Below are positions 1-9,317 of a DNA stretch of 34,316 bases, one piece after another. A model generated the notes under the pieces. The model was not told where the DNA came from. It worked only from the letters and a program-made list of their open reading frames with translations, and made no database searches. The position numbers and the translations under genes are program-made. How positions within the stretch are numbered: position 1 is the stretch's first letter; each line of letters starts with the position of its first letter. This stretch comes from a virus. Its lineage: Duplodnaviria; Caudoviricetes. The stretch spans positions 1 through 34,316 of the IMG/VR virus record IMGVR_UViG_3300032239_001102; one strand, written 5' to 3'.

Positions 1-123
1 CCGTCGCGGTGGGATTCTCGCCGGTCGGATCGGTTTGGATGCGGGCGAGGAAGGTTTCGGTGGTGGATGTAGGCATGGTTATTAAGTATTAACGAACACG
101 GCGGGCTTGAATACGACCATAGG
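1..123. repeat. 123-bp terminal direct repeat, copy 1 (probable circular-assembly overlap)
   Basis: Bases 1-123 (ccgtcgcggt...gaccatagg) match 34194-34316; the ORFs read through the junction. Confidence 0.95.
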
Positions 124-3100
124 TTTCAAGCGTTCCCGCGCTAAAATAACCGCGAGAAATCAAGTAAACAGTCGTAGTAGACGAAATGGAAACCCTGCGT
201 TTGGGCGTAGCAAAGGCACCAACATTACCGGATAGAGTAATAATTGATTGGCGATTATCAAATGTGTCATTATCCGCATCAGGCGATGCGCTAGTGGTAG
301 TTGGCGCACCGGAAAAACGAGTAATCGTCGCACTAGTTCCTTCGTAAACAACGGTTCCGTCTACATCCCAATCGCCAGCGGTAAGACTAATGCTGGTTAT
401 ATTAAGCCAAGTTCCAGTAGTAAGAGCTTGGCGACCGCCATAACCAATGCTGCTACTGACGTATTCACCAATATATCCAGTTGCCGCGCTATCGTTAGTG
501 GTCGTGCCCTTGAACGTGCTGCCTGCGCCATTGGCCGTAATCTTACCGGCAAACGTCGCGTTTTGGCTGGTGTCAAGGGTTAGGGCGGTAGCGTTATTGG
601 ACTTTAGCGTTATTGAACTACCCGAACTCCTAATTGATAATGCATCATCTGCCAAAAGTTCTGGTGCAAACGGGTATCCATAAGACATGGTGAATGCATT
701 TCCAGATCCATTAAACAGCCTAAATTCGACTGAACTACCGCTCGTTGTAGATAAAGTTACACGATTTGCCGTTTGACGAAACAGGGCAAGATCCGTTCCA
801 AACCCAATTCCTCCCGCGCTGGTAGTGTGCGTGGCAAGTTGCAGGCGACCGTTGGAGCTGTCGGTCCCAGTTCCCAAAAGCATACTTCCGGTAGAAGCGG
901 AAATCCTTACAAGAAGTGTGCTGATCCAATTGATGTCAAAAGAACTAAACCCATTATCAATGATGCGAAAATCATTTGGAAAGCGAATTGAGCTAGCCAA
1001 TGCCGGGTTGGTGCCAATTGCGATTCCTCCACTACTGGAAACATTAAGCGCCCCGCCAATCCCCACCCCACCCGCGACCTGCAAGGCTCCGCTCGTGGTG
1101 GACGTGGATGCGGTGGTATCCGTTATTTTCGTTACTCCATCCAACCGAGTCTTGCCTACGTTCCACAGCCCCCACGAGTTTGTTATGGTCTGATTAGTGC
1201 TAGCAGTCGGACCGCCGGTGATGTAAACCGTCGCGGCATTCGTGGTAGTGACGGAAGCATTCGTCGCCGTAAGCGGAGATGCCTCAAACTGATTTGCGAC
1301 CAAACGCGGATTGGTCCCGCTGGCTACGGTTGAACCATCATTGATCGCATTGCTGATCCATTTGGAAACTCCGACGTTGGTGTCGTTGCTATTATTAAAG
1401 GTCAACAACTGCAAACTGGTCTTGTAGGATGTACCACCGTCGATTGAAGATCGGAAACTTAATGCTCTCGCTTGATTGAAACTCGGCCCAACCACATCGA
1501 ACAAAAAGATATTGTTATTTGAGGTTAATCCACCACGTGCAGCCGCAAGTTGCACGAATTCAGCCGAAGACCTCCACAAACGGATTGAGGAATCGTTTGT
1601 GTCTTGAATGTCGATGTTGGCCGTCGGAGTAGCGCCAAGACCAGTTCCGATATTTCGGATCGTTACTTGGTTTCCAGTTCCAATTATGTGGTTGCCGCCC
1701 GTGTAAAGCGCACCCGCCACACCCACGCCTCCGCTCACCACCAACGCCCCAGTCGTCGTGGACGTGGATGCGGTGGTGGAATTGACGGCCAGATTCGTTG
1801 TAAGCGTCGTATCCGTATACGTCAGCGAAATGCGAGTTGAATTCCCAATCGACAATCCAAGAGTGCCACCACTCGGTGCATTTAGCTTTGTGTAAACTCC
1901 AGAAAGCGAAGCCGACAAAACGTGATTGGCTGCGGCAAAATTAGAGTCTTGAGTTAAAACAGACCAGTCGCCAAGGAATCCGCTATTGGTAATATATAGA
2001 GATCCTGAGTTAGTGACGAAACGGCCATAACCACCCACCGTCACGTTATTTGCAAAACCTGCACCTCCGCTCACAACCAACGCACCCGTCGTGGTGGACG
2101 TCGAAGAAGTAGTTGAAGGAACCGACAAAGATCCCGTCGAGTGCGTCCACTTCAGCGCAGTTACTCCAGAGCTGGCATCACGGACGCTCCAAAGATCCGA
2201 CGACTCCATGCCCATATCCATCGAAATCACATTTGAGAATCGAACGGTAGCCGATTGACTGAGACCAAAATTCAGATTCATCGCATAGACCGTGCCGTTG
2301 GCATAGACATTCCCTCCGATTCCCACGCCACCAGAAACGACCAATGCACCAGTCGTCGTGGACGTGGAGGCGGTGGTGTTCGTCGTTTTGAGGATGCCCG
2401 GCGTCGTGACAAAACCCGTCCCACTCGGCGTCAGCGTGATGTTCTGATTGGTGCCACCGGACGCAAGGGAAAGGCCAGTTGCTCCGCCAGTAATTGTTCC
2501 TCCGCTGACGGTGAGGTTGTTGCTCACCGTGAGCGCGGTCGAGTCCCAGTTGCCCACCGAAGTTCCACCCGCCGAGATGCCGATTGCACCCGCGCCGTAG
2601 CGGTACAGGCCGGTGTTCTGCGAGTTGACGAACGCGAGCGACGGATTGGCCGCGCTGCCGTTGGCCGCGTGGACGCTGCCAGACGGTTGGATCGTACCGG
2701 TCGTGGTAAGCGTCGTGAACGCGCCGGTCGAGGGATTGCTCGCGCCGATTGCCGTGTTGGTGATGCCCACCGCCGAGTAGTCAGTCGATACAGCATCCAC
2801 CGCTCCGGTGCGTCCGAACACTGAGGAAACTTGGTCGGTGTTGTCCACCTTCTGCCAAGATGTGCCGTTGTAAATCGCCCAGTCGCCGACTTTCCAATCG
2901 GTAATGCCATCCAAGTTCGTCGAACCAGCGAACGAAACGACGTAGTAATAACCATTCGTGCCAACGCCAGAGGTCAGATTCGGCGTGTTGGTCGAAGCGT
3001 TCCAAGTGCCTTGATAGTTCACGCCGCCGCTTGCGCTTGCGGCAATCGTGATCGTCGTTGGCGTCTCCGTGAGCGTGACGTTTGTGCCAGCCGTCAGCGT

Positions 3101-3895
3101 CTTCTGGACGAAATTGTTTCCCTCGGCACCGATTACGACCAGATCGGAAGTCGGCGTGCCGATGATGTCATTGAGCGACGTAATACCGCCGCCACCGCCG
3201 CCCTGTCCACGCGCCGCGGAGAGCGTCCAAACTTCGGAGCTTCTACCCGGTCGCTCCGTGTTGTCGTTGACGTTCGACACGTAGGAATCGCCGTTGAAGG
3301 CGACCAGATCGAGCTTTTGATAAACCTCGGTGGACTTCCATTTTCCTCGAGGATTCAGACCGCGAGGCTCGGCAAATTCCTTGCGCAACTGGTCAAGTTC
3401 GCCAGCCCGCGGGAAACGGGCAAAGGCGGCATCAAGTAGCTCGGTCACTTGCGCGGAAACCTGTGCCGGAATCTTGTCGGTCTCTTGCTTCGCGGCGATC
3501 TCAAGATGCTTGCGAGCATCCTCCGCAAAATCAAACGCAACTTCCTTCTGAGCGAGCAAGCTTTCGTATCGGCCTTGAAGTTCCTTCTGGAACTCGCCGT
3601 AACGCGAAATCACGCTCTGCTCAAGCTGCACGAAGAAGTCGTTGCTCTTCGTCTTAAACTCATCCTTCGCCTCGTTGAAGAAGGCGCGGATCTCCTCGAT
3701 CTTCCCATTGGTTTTCTCGTCGCAAAACTCGATCAGATCGGAGCGCAGTTGCGGCTCCATGTCCTCGATTGTCGCATTGATCTGCTCCAGCATGAAGCCG
3801 CGCAGCACCGGCAACTGATCCGTGAGCCGCTTGAGCTCGGATCGCTGGATGATTGCCAACTCGATGAGGTGGTCGATCTGCTGCTTGGTTTCCAT
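89..3895 (-). CDS. Large virion fibre / receptor-binding protein (1268 aa)
   Basis: N-terminal coiled coil, WKSTEVYQKLDLVAFNGDSY module, poly-Gly linker, YQGTWNASTNTP module and VSSVFGRTGAV fibre motif; Gly/Ser/Thr-rich with four TTASTSTTTGALVVSGGVG-type repeats. Confidence 0.8.
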   Translation of the reverse strand: METKQQIDHLIELAIIQRSELKRLTDQLPVLRGFMLEQINATIEDMEPQLRSDLIEFCDEKTNGKIEEIRAFFNEAKDEFKTKSNDFFVQLEQSVISRYGEFQKELQGRYESLLAQKEVAFDFAEDARKHLEIAAKQETDKIPAQVSAQVTELLDAAFARFPRAGELDQLRKEFAEPRGLNPRGKWKSTEVYQKLDLVAFNGDSYVSNVNDNTERPGRSSEVWTLSAARGQGGGGGGITSLNDIIGTPTSDLVVIGAEGNNFVQKTLTAGTNVTLTETPTTITIAASASGGVNYQGTWNASTNTPNLTSGVGTNGYYYVVSFAGSTNLDGITDWKVGDWAIYNGTSWQKVDNTDQVSSVFGRTGAVDAVSTDYSAVGITNTAIGASNPSTGAFTTLTTTGTIQPSGSVHAANGSAANPSLAFVNSQNTGLYRYGAGAIGISAGGTSVGNWDSTALTVSNNLTVSGGTITGGATGLSLASGGTNQNITLTPSGTGFVTTPGILKTTNTTASTSTTTGALVVSGGVGIGGNVYANGTVYAMNLNFGLSQSATVRFSNVISMDMGMESSDLWSVRDASSGVTALKWTHSTGSLSVPSTTSSTSTTTGALVVSGGAGFANNVTVGGYGRFVTNSGSLYITNSGFLGDWSVLTQDSNFAAANHVLSASLSGVYTKLNAPSGGTLGLSIGNSTRISLTYTDTTLTTNLAVNSTTASTSTTTGALVVSGGVGVAGALYTGGNHIIGTGNQVTIRNIGTGLGATPTANIDIQDTNDSSIRLWRSSAEFVQLAAARGGLTSNNNIFLFDVVGPSFNQARALSFRSSIDGGTSYKTSLQLLTFNNSNDTNVGVSKWISNAINDGSTVASGTNPRLVANQFEASPLTATNASVTTTNAATVYITGGPTASTNQTITNSWGLWNVGKTRLDGVTKITDTTASTSTTSGALQVAGGVGIGGALNVSSSGGIAIGTNPALASSIRFPNDFRIIDNGFSSFDINWISTLLVRISASTGSMLLGTGTDSSNGRLQLATHTTSAGGIGFGTDLALFRQTANRVTLSTTSGSSVEFRLFNGSGNAFTMSYGYPFAPELLADDALSIRSSGSSITLKSNNATALTLDTSQNATFAGKITANGAGSTFKGTTTNDSAATGYIGEYVSSSIGYGGRQALTTGTWLNITSISLTAGDWDVDGTVVYEGTSATITRFSGAPTTTSASPDADNDTFDNRQSIITLSGNVGAFATPKRRVSISSTTTVYLISRGYFSAGTLETYGRIQARRVR
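1051..2380 (-). repeat. Four dispersed copies of a fibre module (T-T-A/S-STSTTTGALVVSGG) at ~1051-1120, ~1711-1779, ~2050-2113, ~2311-2380
   Basis: Visible in the protein and in DNA (gt(c/g)gtggacgtgga(t/g)gcggtggt in three copies, more diverged in the fourth). Confidence 0.85.
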
Positions 3896-3903
3896 GTCTT
3901 TGA

Positions 3904-6216
3904 TTATTTGCCGCCGTCACGCTGCCGCACGCATACCGCCATGCGCTGATCGTTCTCGGGATATTCCTTGTTCATGGTAGGATTGCCCATGCATCGGTTG
4001 ATGAAGTCATCACCTTTCTCGCCCACGTTGGGCACGGGAAGGTCAAAAGCCTTCGGCGCATCCGCGGTAGGATTCGCCCGCATAAGCGCGATAGCATCAA
4101 GCCAGTCCTTGGCCGAGAGCTTCCGCAGACCGGCATCGACTTCAACCGGGCTTTCAAGCGTCACGGTCGGCGCAGACGCGGAGTTCTCCTGCTTCGCATC
4201 GACACGCGCCACAATGGCATTGGCCCAAGTGCGACCGGCGTCACCACCCCAGCCCTGCCACGCCTGCCAGCCCTTGCCCTGATCGGCCCACGTGTCGCCC
4301 TTCTTGTCGATCTCGTGCCGGTCGAAGTACGCCTTCATGCGGCGAACGGTTTCAATGGAAAGCTCGCGGCGATTGGCGATGTCGCGGGCGCGAGCGAGAC
4401 CAACGGCGGTCATGCCGCGCTGGGAAGCGGGCTTCTTCTCGCGCACGGTCAACGCACGCTTGGCGTTCGCAACCATCTTCGCGTTCGGCACGTAGGAGTC
4501 GGTGGCGAAGTTTACCTCGACGATATCATCCTTGCCCGAGGTCGGCATCGAGCCTTCGGTCGTTGAGTTCTCGGTTTCGGCTTCGGGTCCAATCGGGGTT
4601 TCGGTCGGAGTAGGAGTTTTGCCGGTAGGCTCAGGAGGATTCGGAAGCGGTGTGGGGTTAAAATCACCGGCAAGATTGGGAGAACCAGCAGCCGCCGCGG
4701 CAATCGGCGTATGCGGCAGATTCTGCGTGGTCATGCGGATCGCGGTCTCGGGCACCTCGTACTTATCCGCGAGCTCATGAACATACGCGGCTTCTTCGGC
4801 GATCTGCTCAAGGCGCGAAAAGGCATCCGTGCCTTGCTCCGCGGCGATCTCTTGCAACGACTTCGCGCCCTGCCGGTTTTCGTTCATGTTGGCCGCGCTC
4901 TCGCGTCCGATGTCAATCGTGAGCTTGGCCGGGAATCGCCACTCGCCGCGGCAAGCGCGACGAAGCGCCTGCACGGGAGTCTCGCCGGCTTCCATCGGAG
5001 GCGGCGGGAGTTCGCCATTGGCGACGGCATCAAGGATCACGGCGTTCTTGATCGGATCCAGCACCTTGTCCTGTAGGAGTCCCTGATGCTTGGCGAAGAA
5101 GCGGTCAGCCGCCGCGAACTCCGCACGCACCGCCGGTCCCTTGTAATCCTGCGTACCAAAGAGCACGCCCTCGGGGATGCCGATGCCGATGGAAATCTCG
5201 TGCATCAAGTGTTGCACGAACCCGGTGAACGCCGTGCTCGGACGCGACGGCATTACCTCGATTCTATCCGCGGTTCCGAAATAGCGAATGGTCCCAACCT
5301 CGGAGAACTCATTGTGCTGCTCCTGTCCGCTCGGGAGCGTCTGCGTCGGCGGGCCGGGATGGAACAGATTGCGAGGATTCGCAGCGCCGCGGTCAGTGTA
5401 GATCAGCGCCGCTTGCTGCGAGGCAAAGCGCACGCCGGTCTTCTCGGCTTCAAGGATCTCGTACAGCATCCGCGCCGTCCTCATGCAGGCATGGAAGTCG
5501 GTGATCCCGCGCATCTGGTCAGAGCGGAACGGGTCGAAGTAATGGCAGAAGTTCGCCGCAGCGATGTCCTCCGCGCCGAAGTAGACGCCTTCGCGGGTGA
5601 CGCGGTAAACGCGATACGCCACCGGCTGCATCATGTCATCGACAATGACGCCTTGGAAATAATGGTCAGACTCCGCGCCGAGCGCGTTGGGGTTTCCGAT
5701 GCGAGTGGCCGGCACCAACTGGAGCCTCAGCTTCCCATCGATGCGACGAATGGCGATGCCGCAGTCGCCATCGACAGGGCGCTCCTCCGCGGCGATCTGC
5801 ACCATCTTCTTGAACGAGTGGCGCTGCGTGATGTCGCAACGCTTGCACCAGTCGTGAAAGTATTCCGAGACCATCCCGTTGTAGTCCCGATTTCCAGTCG
5901 TCGGGGAATACTCGGTCGGCGTGAGGTAGTTGCCAAACTTGCGCGAGATTTCGCGGGCCTCTGGGAAATTCTCCACGAGATCGCGGGCTTCCCACATCAT
6001 CACGACGCGAGAGCGGCTGGTCTGCGTGCTCTCGGACGGCTGACCGTAAGCCTTCGGCGCATAGACGCGGGAGGCTTGGCTCGCGTTGTAGCTGAACAGC
6101 TCGCGCTGCACGCGTGCCTCAAGCCGCTTCAGTGCGTAGTTCGGCGCGACGGCTTCAATCGCTCGCTCGAACCAAGGCCGATTCTGGATGACTTTGGTCG
6201 CGTCGAAAGTGCTCAT
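3904..6216 (-). CDS. Lambda-family portal protein with C-terminal extension (770 aa)
   Basis: IEAVAPNYALKRLEAR N-terminus, ARDLVEN, DGDC, FQGVIVDD..PVAY, CHYFDPFRSDQMRGI; located after gpW-like and terminase genes. Confidence 0.9.
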   Translation of the reverse strand: MSTFDATKVIQNRPWFERAIEAVAPNYALKRLEARVQRELFSYNASQASRVYAPKAYGQPSESTQTSRSRVVMMWEARDLVENFPEAREISRKFGNYLTPTEYSPTTGNRDYNGMVSEYFHDWCKRCDITQRHSFKKMVQIAAEERPVDGDCGIAIRRIDGKLRLQLVPATRIGNPNALGAESDHYFQGVIVDDMMQPVAYRVYRVTREGVYFGAEDIAAANFCHYFDPFRSDQMRGITDFHACMRTARMLYEILEAEKTGVRFASQQAALIYTDRGAANPRNLFHPGPPTQTLPSGQEQHNEFSEVGTIRYFGTADRIEVMPSRPSTAFTGFVQHLMHEISIGIGIPEGVLFGTQDYKGPAVRAEFAAADRFFAKHQGLLQDKVLDPIKNAVILDAVANGELPPPPMEAGETPVQALRRACRGEWRFPAKLTIDIGRESAANMNENRQGAKSLQEIAAEQGTDAFSRLEQIAEEAAYVHELADKYEVPETAIRMTTQNLPHTPIAAAAAGSPNLAGDFNPTPLPNPPEPTGKTPTPTETPIGPEAETENSTTEGSMPTSGKDDIVEVNFATDSYVPNAKMVANAKRALTVREKKPASQRGMTAVGLARARDIANRRELSIETVRRMKAYFDRHEIDKKGDTWADQGKGWQAWQGWGGDAGRTWANAIVARVDAKQENSASAPTVTLESPVEVDAGLRKLSAKDWLDAIALMRANPTADAPKAFDLPVPNVGEKGDDFINRCMGNPTMNKEYPENDQRMAVCVRQRDGGK

Positions 6217-6219
6217 GGG

Positions 6220-6459
6220 TTACAGGCCGTTGAAGCTGACAAAAGTGACGGTGTTCGATTCGTTGTTTGCGTCGTCGATGGCGCTCTGTAGCTGGCCGAG
6301 CATCTCGTTCAGCCGGCCAAGATCGGCGCGGGTGACGCTCTTGCCGTTGAGCGAGTAAGACGTATTCAAAAGACAGGCGCGGATTGCCGCGACGGTCTCG
6401 GTCTTCAAGGTGTTCAGCGTGCCGACATCAATGCCGAAGAAAGGATTCGCGGAGGCCAT
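6220..6459 (-). CDS. gpW-like head completion/adaptor protein (79 aa; start MASANPFF)
   Basis: SYSLNGKSVTRADLGRL resembles the gpW SYxIxGRxxTRADL pattern; sits between terminase and portal. Confidence 0.75.
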   Translation of the reverse strand: MASANPFFGIDVGTLNTLKTETVAAIRACLLNTSYSLNGKSVTRADLGRLNEMLGQLQSAIDDANNESNTVTFVSFNGL

Positions 6460-6481
6460 CGCTTTTGTCACTCTCGTCAAA
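6460..6481 (-). promoter_or_regulatory. Late-gene upstream motif TTTGACG-N15-ATG (gpW/portal)
   Basis: Minus strand TTTGACG AGAGTG AC AAAAGCG ATG; same layout at five other late starts. Confidence 0.6.
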
Positions 6482-6502
6482 TAGTAGAAACTCACTCTTA
6501 AA

Positions 6503-6913
6503 ATGGACCAACTCGCCACTCTCTATCGCGCCGCTCAGTTCTACGCTCACGCCGCCCACAACTTCTCGAAGGGCTCGACTTTCTTCCAAGATCACGAGTT
6601 TCTTGGTGATCTGTACGGCACGTATGAGGAAGCCTATGATTCCATCGTCGAGCGCATGATCGGCAACAGCGAGCCGTTTTCGATCCAACAGATTTTGACG
6701 AACGCCGCAGCCGAGGCGAATCGTTACGCGGACCCGTCCACGTTCTCGCAGCAGACGAGTTTCCAAGTGCTGTTTGGTCTTGAGCAGCGCATCCGTGCGT
6801 CCATCGACATCCAGATTCAGTCGCAGACGCAAGGCACGCAGAATCTCCTCGCGCAACTCGCGGACGATAGCGAGATGCGGAACTACAAGATCGCGCAGCG
6901 CCTCAAAGCTTGA
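6503..6913 (+). CDS. dps: Dps-like ferritin-family protein (136 aa)
   Basis: H19, H31, D46, E50, R51 reproduce the Dps ferroxidase spacing H-x11-H-x14-D-x3-E; KGSTFFQDHEFL resembles the Dps G.xFF.LH motif; the only credible plus-strand gene. Confidence 0.8.
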   Translation: MDQLATLYRAAQFYAHAAHNFSKGSTFFQDHEFLGDLYGTYEEAYDSIVERMIGNSEPFSIQQILTNAAAEANRYADPSTFSQQTSFQVLFGLEQRIRASIDIQIQSQTQGTQNLLAQLADDSEMRNYKIAQRLKA

Positions 6914-8693
6914 TTGCCTCGGGCGGCTTGTAGCGCACGATGCCGGCGATCGTGGCGATGCAAAGCATCATCGCGCTGGTATCGAAGCCGTGATTCGGCG
7001 CGTTGGATTTCACCTCGCGCCACTCCCAGACACCGGCCCGCACCTCGACCTTGTGCTCGCCACGCAAGTGTTCCAGATAAAGCGGATTAACGTCCTCGGG
7101 CATTGACCACTTGAGATCGCCTTTGCACTCGAGTGCGAGCGAGAGCATATCCTTGAAGTGATCGCCGCTCCAGTTGTAGAAGTAGGCATCACCTCCGCGA
7201 TAGTCGCTCACCTGCGGATCGGAATACGGGAAGTTGACCATCTGATTGGTAGATTCGTCCTTCATCGTCCACGTCTTGCGACCGAAACCGCGCATCCCGC
7301 GCCATCCGAAGTCAACGCAGTCCCGATCAACTTCGCTCGGCTTGTAGCCGCGGTCCTGTGCCACGCAATGATTGGGAACGCGATAACGGGCTTGCAATGA
7401 TCGCAACTGGTCTCGCGTCTCGACTCGGCCGAAGTAGAGTTGCCGGTAATGCGGGCCCGGCGAGAAGGCACCGATCTCGACCCACCAATGGTCAAGCTGC
7501 CGGTCAATTGCCATGATCCGCATCTGCTCGTCTGCAATCAAATCGCCCTGCGCGTAGGTCGCCACCTTGTATCCGCTCTTGGCGACAAAGACCGAAAGCG
7601 TCCGCTTCTCCACGAGCCACGGCTTGGCCTCGCGCTTCGTGCGAAATTCGATCTTGGCTTGATCGTTTCCGCTCTTCACGAGCGCGTTTTCGGCCTGCGC
7701 CCACTCTTCTGCGAGGAGTCGCATCGGTCGGCTGACGAGTGCTTCGACGCGGAAGCTGACCATTTCGTGAGGCGCTGACGGATTCAGCGGAACATATCGC
7801 CCTGTCCGCTTCCACGCGACCCGAGTCGTATCCGAGTCCTCGGACTCGTGACCGCAATGCGGGCAACGAAAGCGCACCGTCGCGACGACGCGGGCAACGT
7901 CCCATGATTCATCGTCGCGCTTTGCTGTGCGATCCCAGACGCACCCGCCGATAACCGTGCCCTTTTCATCGCGGATGTCGAACGCAACGGGGTGAACCTT
8001 CTTGCACGCTGGGCACTCCGCAGACCACTCCTGCTGATTGCCCTGACGGAAGGCGGCGTCCTCGACGTTGCCGGTGATCTCGTCCATGAGCGGCGCTTGG
8101 CTCATCGAGTAGATCTTCGAGCGGCCTACCTCCTCGAACTTCGAGACGCGAGCGACCGCGTGACCATAAATCTCCTGCCAGCGCGGGAGCCAGATCTCAT
8201 CGAGCACTCGGTAGCGAATCGACTGCGATTGCTGGCTCGAAAGATTCGCCGCGTTGCAGACCAAAAAGAAACCGCCGAAGTAAATTTCGGTTGTCGTGCG
8301 CTGCGGTCCCGGCCTTGGCAGCATCGACGCGACAGGCTTGCACCGCTCAAGCAACGGATTGAGGCGCGACTTGCAATGTCGCTCCATCATCTCGTCCGTC
8401 TGCATCGTCCACATGATCGGTCCGGCGTCGTTGACGATGACCCACGGAATCCAGATGTCAGCGACGAGCGTGCCGCCAATCTGCACCGCTTTCCGAAAAT
8501 GCACGCGGCGCACCAGCGGATTCTGAAGCGCCTCGAAGATCGGAACGAGCCACGGCGTGACTCGCGCATTGAACGGTCCCGGTGTCGCGTAGCTTTCGGG
8601 CAGCGTGATGTGCCGCCGGGCCCACTCATGAATTGGCGAGCGATCAGGTCTCGGCAGACAAAAGCCGGCGAGGAGTTGCGCGGGCTCGCTCAC
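6903..8693 (-). CDS. Terminase large subunit, lambda GpA family (596 aa)
   Basis: PGPFNARVTPW, KAVQIGGT (Walker A-like), RVLDE (Walker B), CPAC/CPHC zinc motifs, MAIDRQ nuclease strand and PNHGFD C-terminal motif. Confidence 0.93.
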   Translation of the reverse strand: MSEPAQLLAGFCLPRPDRSPIHEWARRHITLPESYATPGPFNARVTPWLVPIFEALQNPLVRRVHFRKAVQIGGTLVADIWIPWVIVNDAGPIMWTMQTDEMMERHCKSRLNPLLERCKPVASMLPRPGPQRTTTEIYFGGFFLVCNAANLSSQQSQSIRYRVLDEIWLPRWQEIYGHAVARVSKFEEVGRSKIYSMSQAPLMDEITGNVEDAAFRQGNQQEWSAECPACKKVHPVAFDIRDEKGTVIGGCVWDRTAKRDDESWDVARVVATVRFRCPHCGHESEDSDTTRVAWKRTGRYVPLNPSAPHEMVSFRVEALVSRPMRLLAEEWAQAENALVKSGNDQAKIEFRTKREAKPWLVEKRTLSVFVAKSGYKVATYAQGDLIADEQMRIMAIDRQLDHWWVEIGAFSPGPHYRQLYFGRVETRDQLRSLQARYRVPNHCVAQDRGYKPSEVDRDCVDFGWRGMRGFGRKTWTMKDESTNQMVNFPYSDPQVSDYRGGDAYFYNWSGDHFKDMLSLALECKGDLKWSMPEDVNPLYLEHLRGEHKVEVRAGVWEWREVKSNAPNHGFDTSAMMLCIATIAGIVRYKPPEAIKL

Positions 8694-8866
8694 CGAGCTG
8701 CAACGGCGATCTCTTGTTTCGGCTTCTTCGGCCTGCCGCCGCGCTTGCCATTGCGCCTCGCGGCCTCGGCTTTCGCGCTGCTGCGCACCTTGCCGCCGCG
8801 CTGGCCCATTAAGGCCATGACGCGACGGATTTCCTCTGCGGTTGCTGTGCTTGGGTTGTCAGTCAT
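8690..8866 (-). CDS. Small basic protein with KGG/GGRP-type motif (58 aa), possibly DNA-binding
   Basis: MTDNPSTATAEEIRRVMALMGQRGGKVRSSAKAEAARRNGKRGGRPKK; stop overlaps the terminase GTG start. Confidence 0.7.
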   Translation of the reverse strand: MTDNPSTATAEEIRRVMALMGQRGGKVRSSAKAEAARRNGKRGGRPKKPKQEIAVAAR

Positions 8867-8890
8867 TCGGTGTCTGCGGTGGGCGTCAAA
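8867..8890 (-). promoter_or_regulatory. Late-gene upstream motif TTTGACG-N17-ATG (basic protein + terminase large)
   Basis: Minus strand TTTGACG CCCACC GC AGACACCGA ATG. Confidence 0.5.
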
Positions 8891-8928
8891 GCTGGTTAGT
8901 CGAGCACTATTTTGAAAAAAGTTTAGGC

Positions 8929-9180
8929 TCAGGATTCCACCGCAAGCTGGGAAAACATTTGCTGCGTAAACTGATTGCGAACGCTGCGACGCGCTCCGCA
9001 AACCTCGACCCATTCTCCCCAGTAAAAACCCCCGCACTCGCTGTCGGCGCGACAAGTAACGCTGACCGTCTTGCCGGTAGCAACTCGACGATAGCCTGTG
9101 TAGTAGCCTCCGCGATTTTTGCAGAGCTTGGTCTCTGGCATCGTTGCCGCGTAAACCGTTCCTATCGTTGGAGTGTTCAT
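8929..9180 (-). CDS. Hypothetical protein (83 aa)
   Basis: ORF directly after an A/C-rich leader and a candidate promoter; no family recognised. Confidence 0.55.
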   Translation of the reverse strand: MNTPTIGTVYAATMPETKLCKNRGGYYTGYRRVATGKTVSVTCRADSECGGFYWGEWVEVCGARRSVRNQFTQQMFSQLAVES

Positions 9181-9221
9181 CGTTTTTGTTTTTTTGTTGT
9201 TGGTTTAACTTAACGAGACAG

Positions 9222-9317
9222 AGCAAAACCTAAGCGGCCTAGGTTGTCGAGTTTTTTTCTCAACTTTTTTTGAGAAAGTTTTAGCGCCCTCCTATCGCTC
9301 GCATTTCCAACGACTTA
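9222..9317 (-). promoter_or_regulatory. Sigma70-like promoter P2 with palindromic operator and upstream TAAGTCGTTG box
   Basis: TCGACA (9245-9250), 17-bp spacer, TTTGCT (9222-9227); near-palindrome AACCTAAGCGGCCTAGGTT 9227-9245; CAACGACTTA 9308-9317; mirrors 19223-19308. Confidence 0.6.

Noticed and set aside
1-123. Terminal repeat as a biological direct terminal repeat
   Set aside because: It cuts through two ORFs, has assembler-overlap length, and a GpA terminase with a cos-like site points to ends elsewhere
1051-2380. Fibre repeats as diversity-generating retroelement TR/VR or invertible shufflon sites
   Set aside because: No reverse transcriptase or invertase; repeats are direct, in frame, and differ mostly at synonymous positions rather than adenines
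5086-6291. Long plus-strand ORFs (401 aa here; also 30723-31745, 7992-8915, 18526-19404)
   Set aside because: Antisense shadows of real high-GC genes; Arg/Gly-rich with no motifs
9308-9317. TAAGTCGTTG boxes as attachment or recombinase sites
   Set aside because: No recombinase encoded; both copies are in the same orientation at phased distances from promoters
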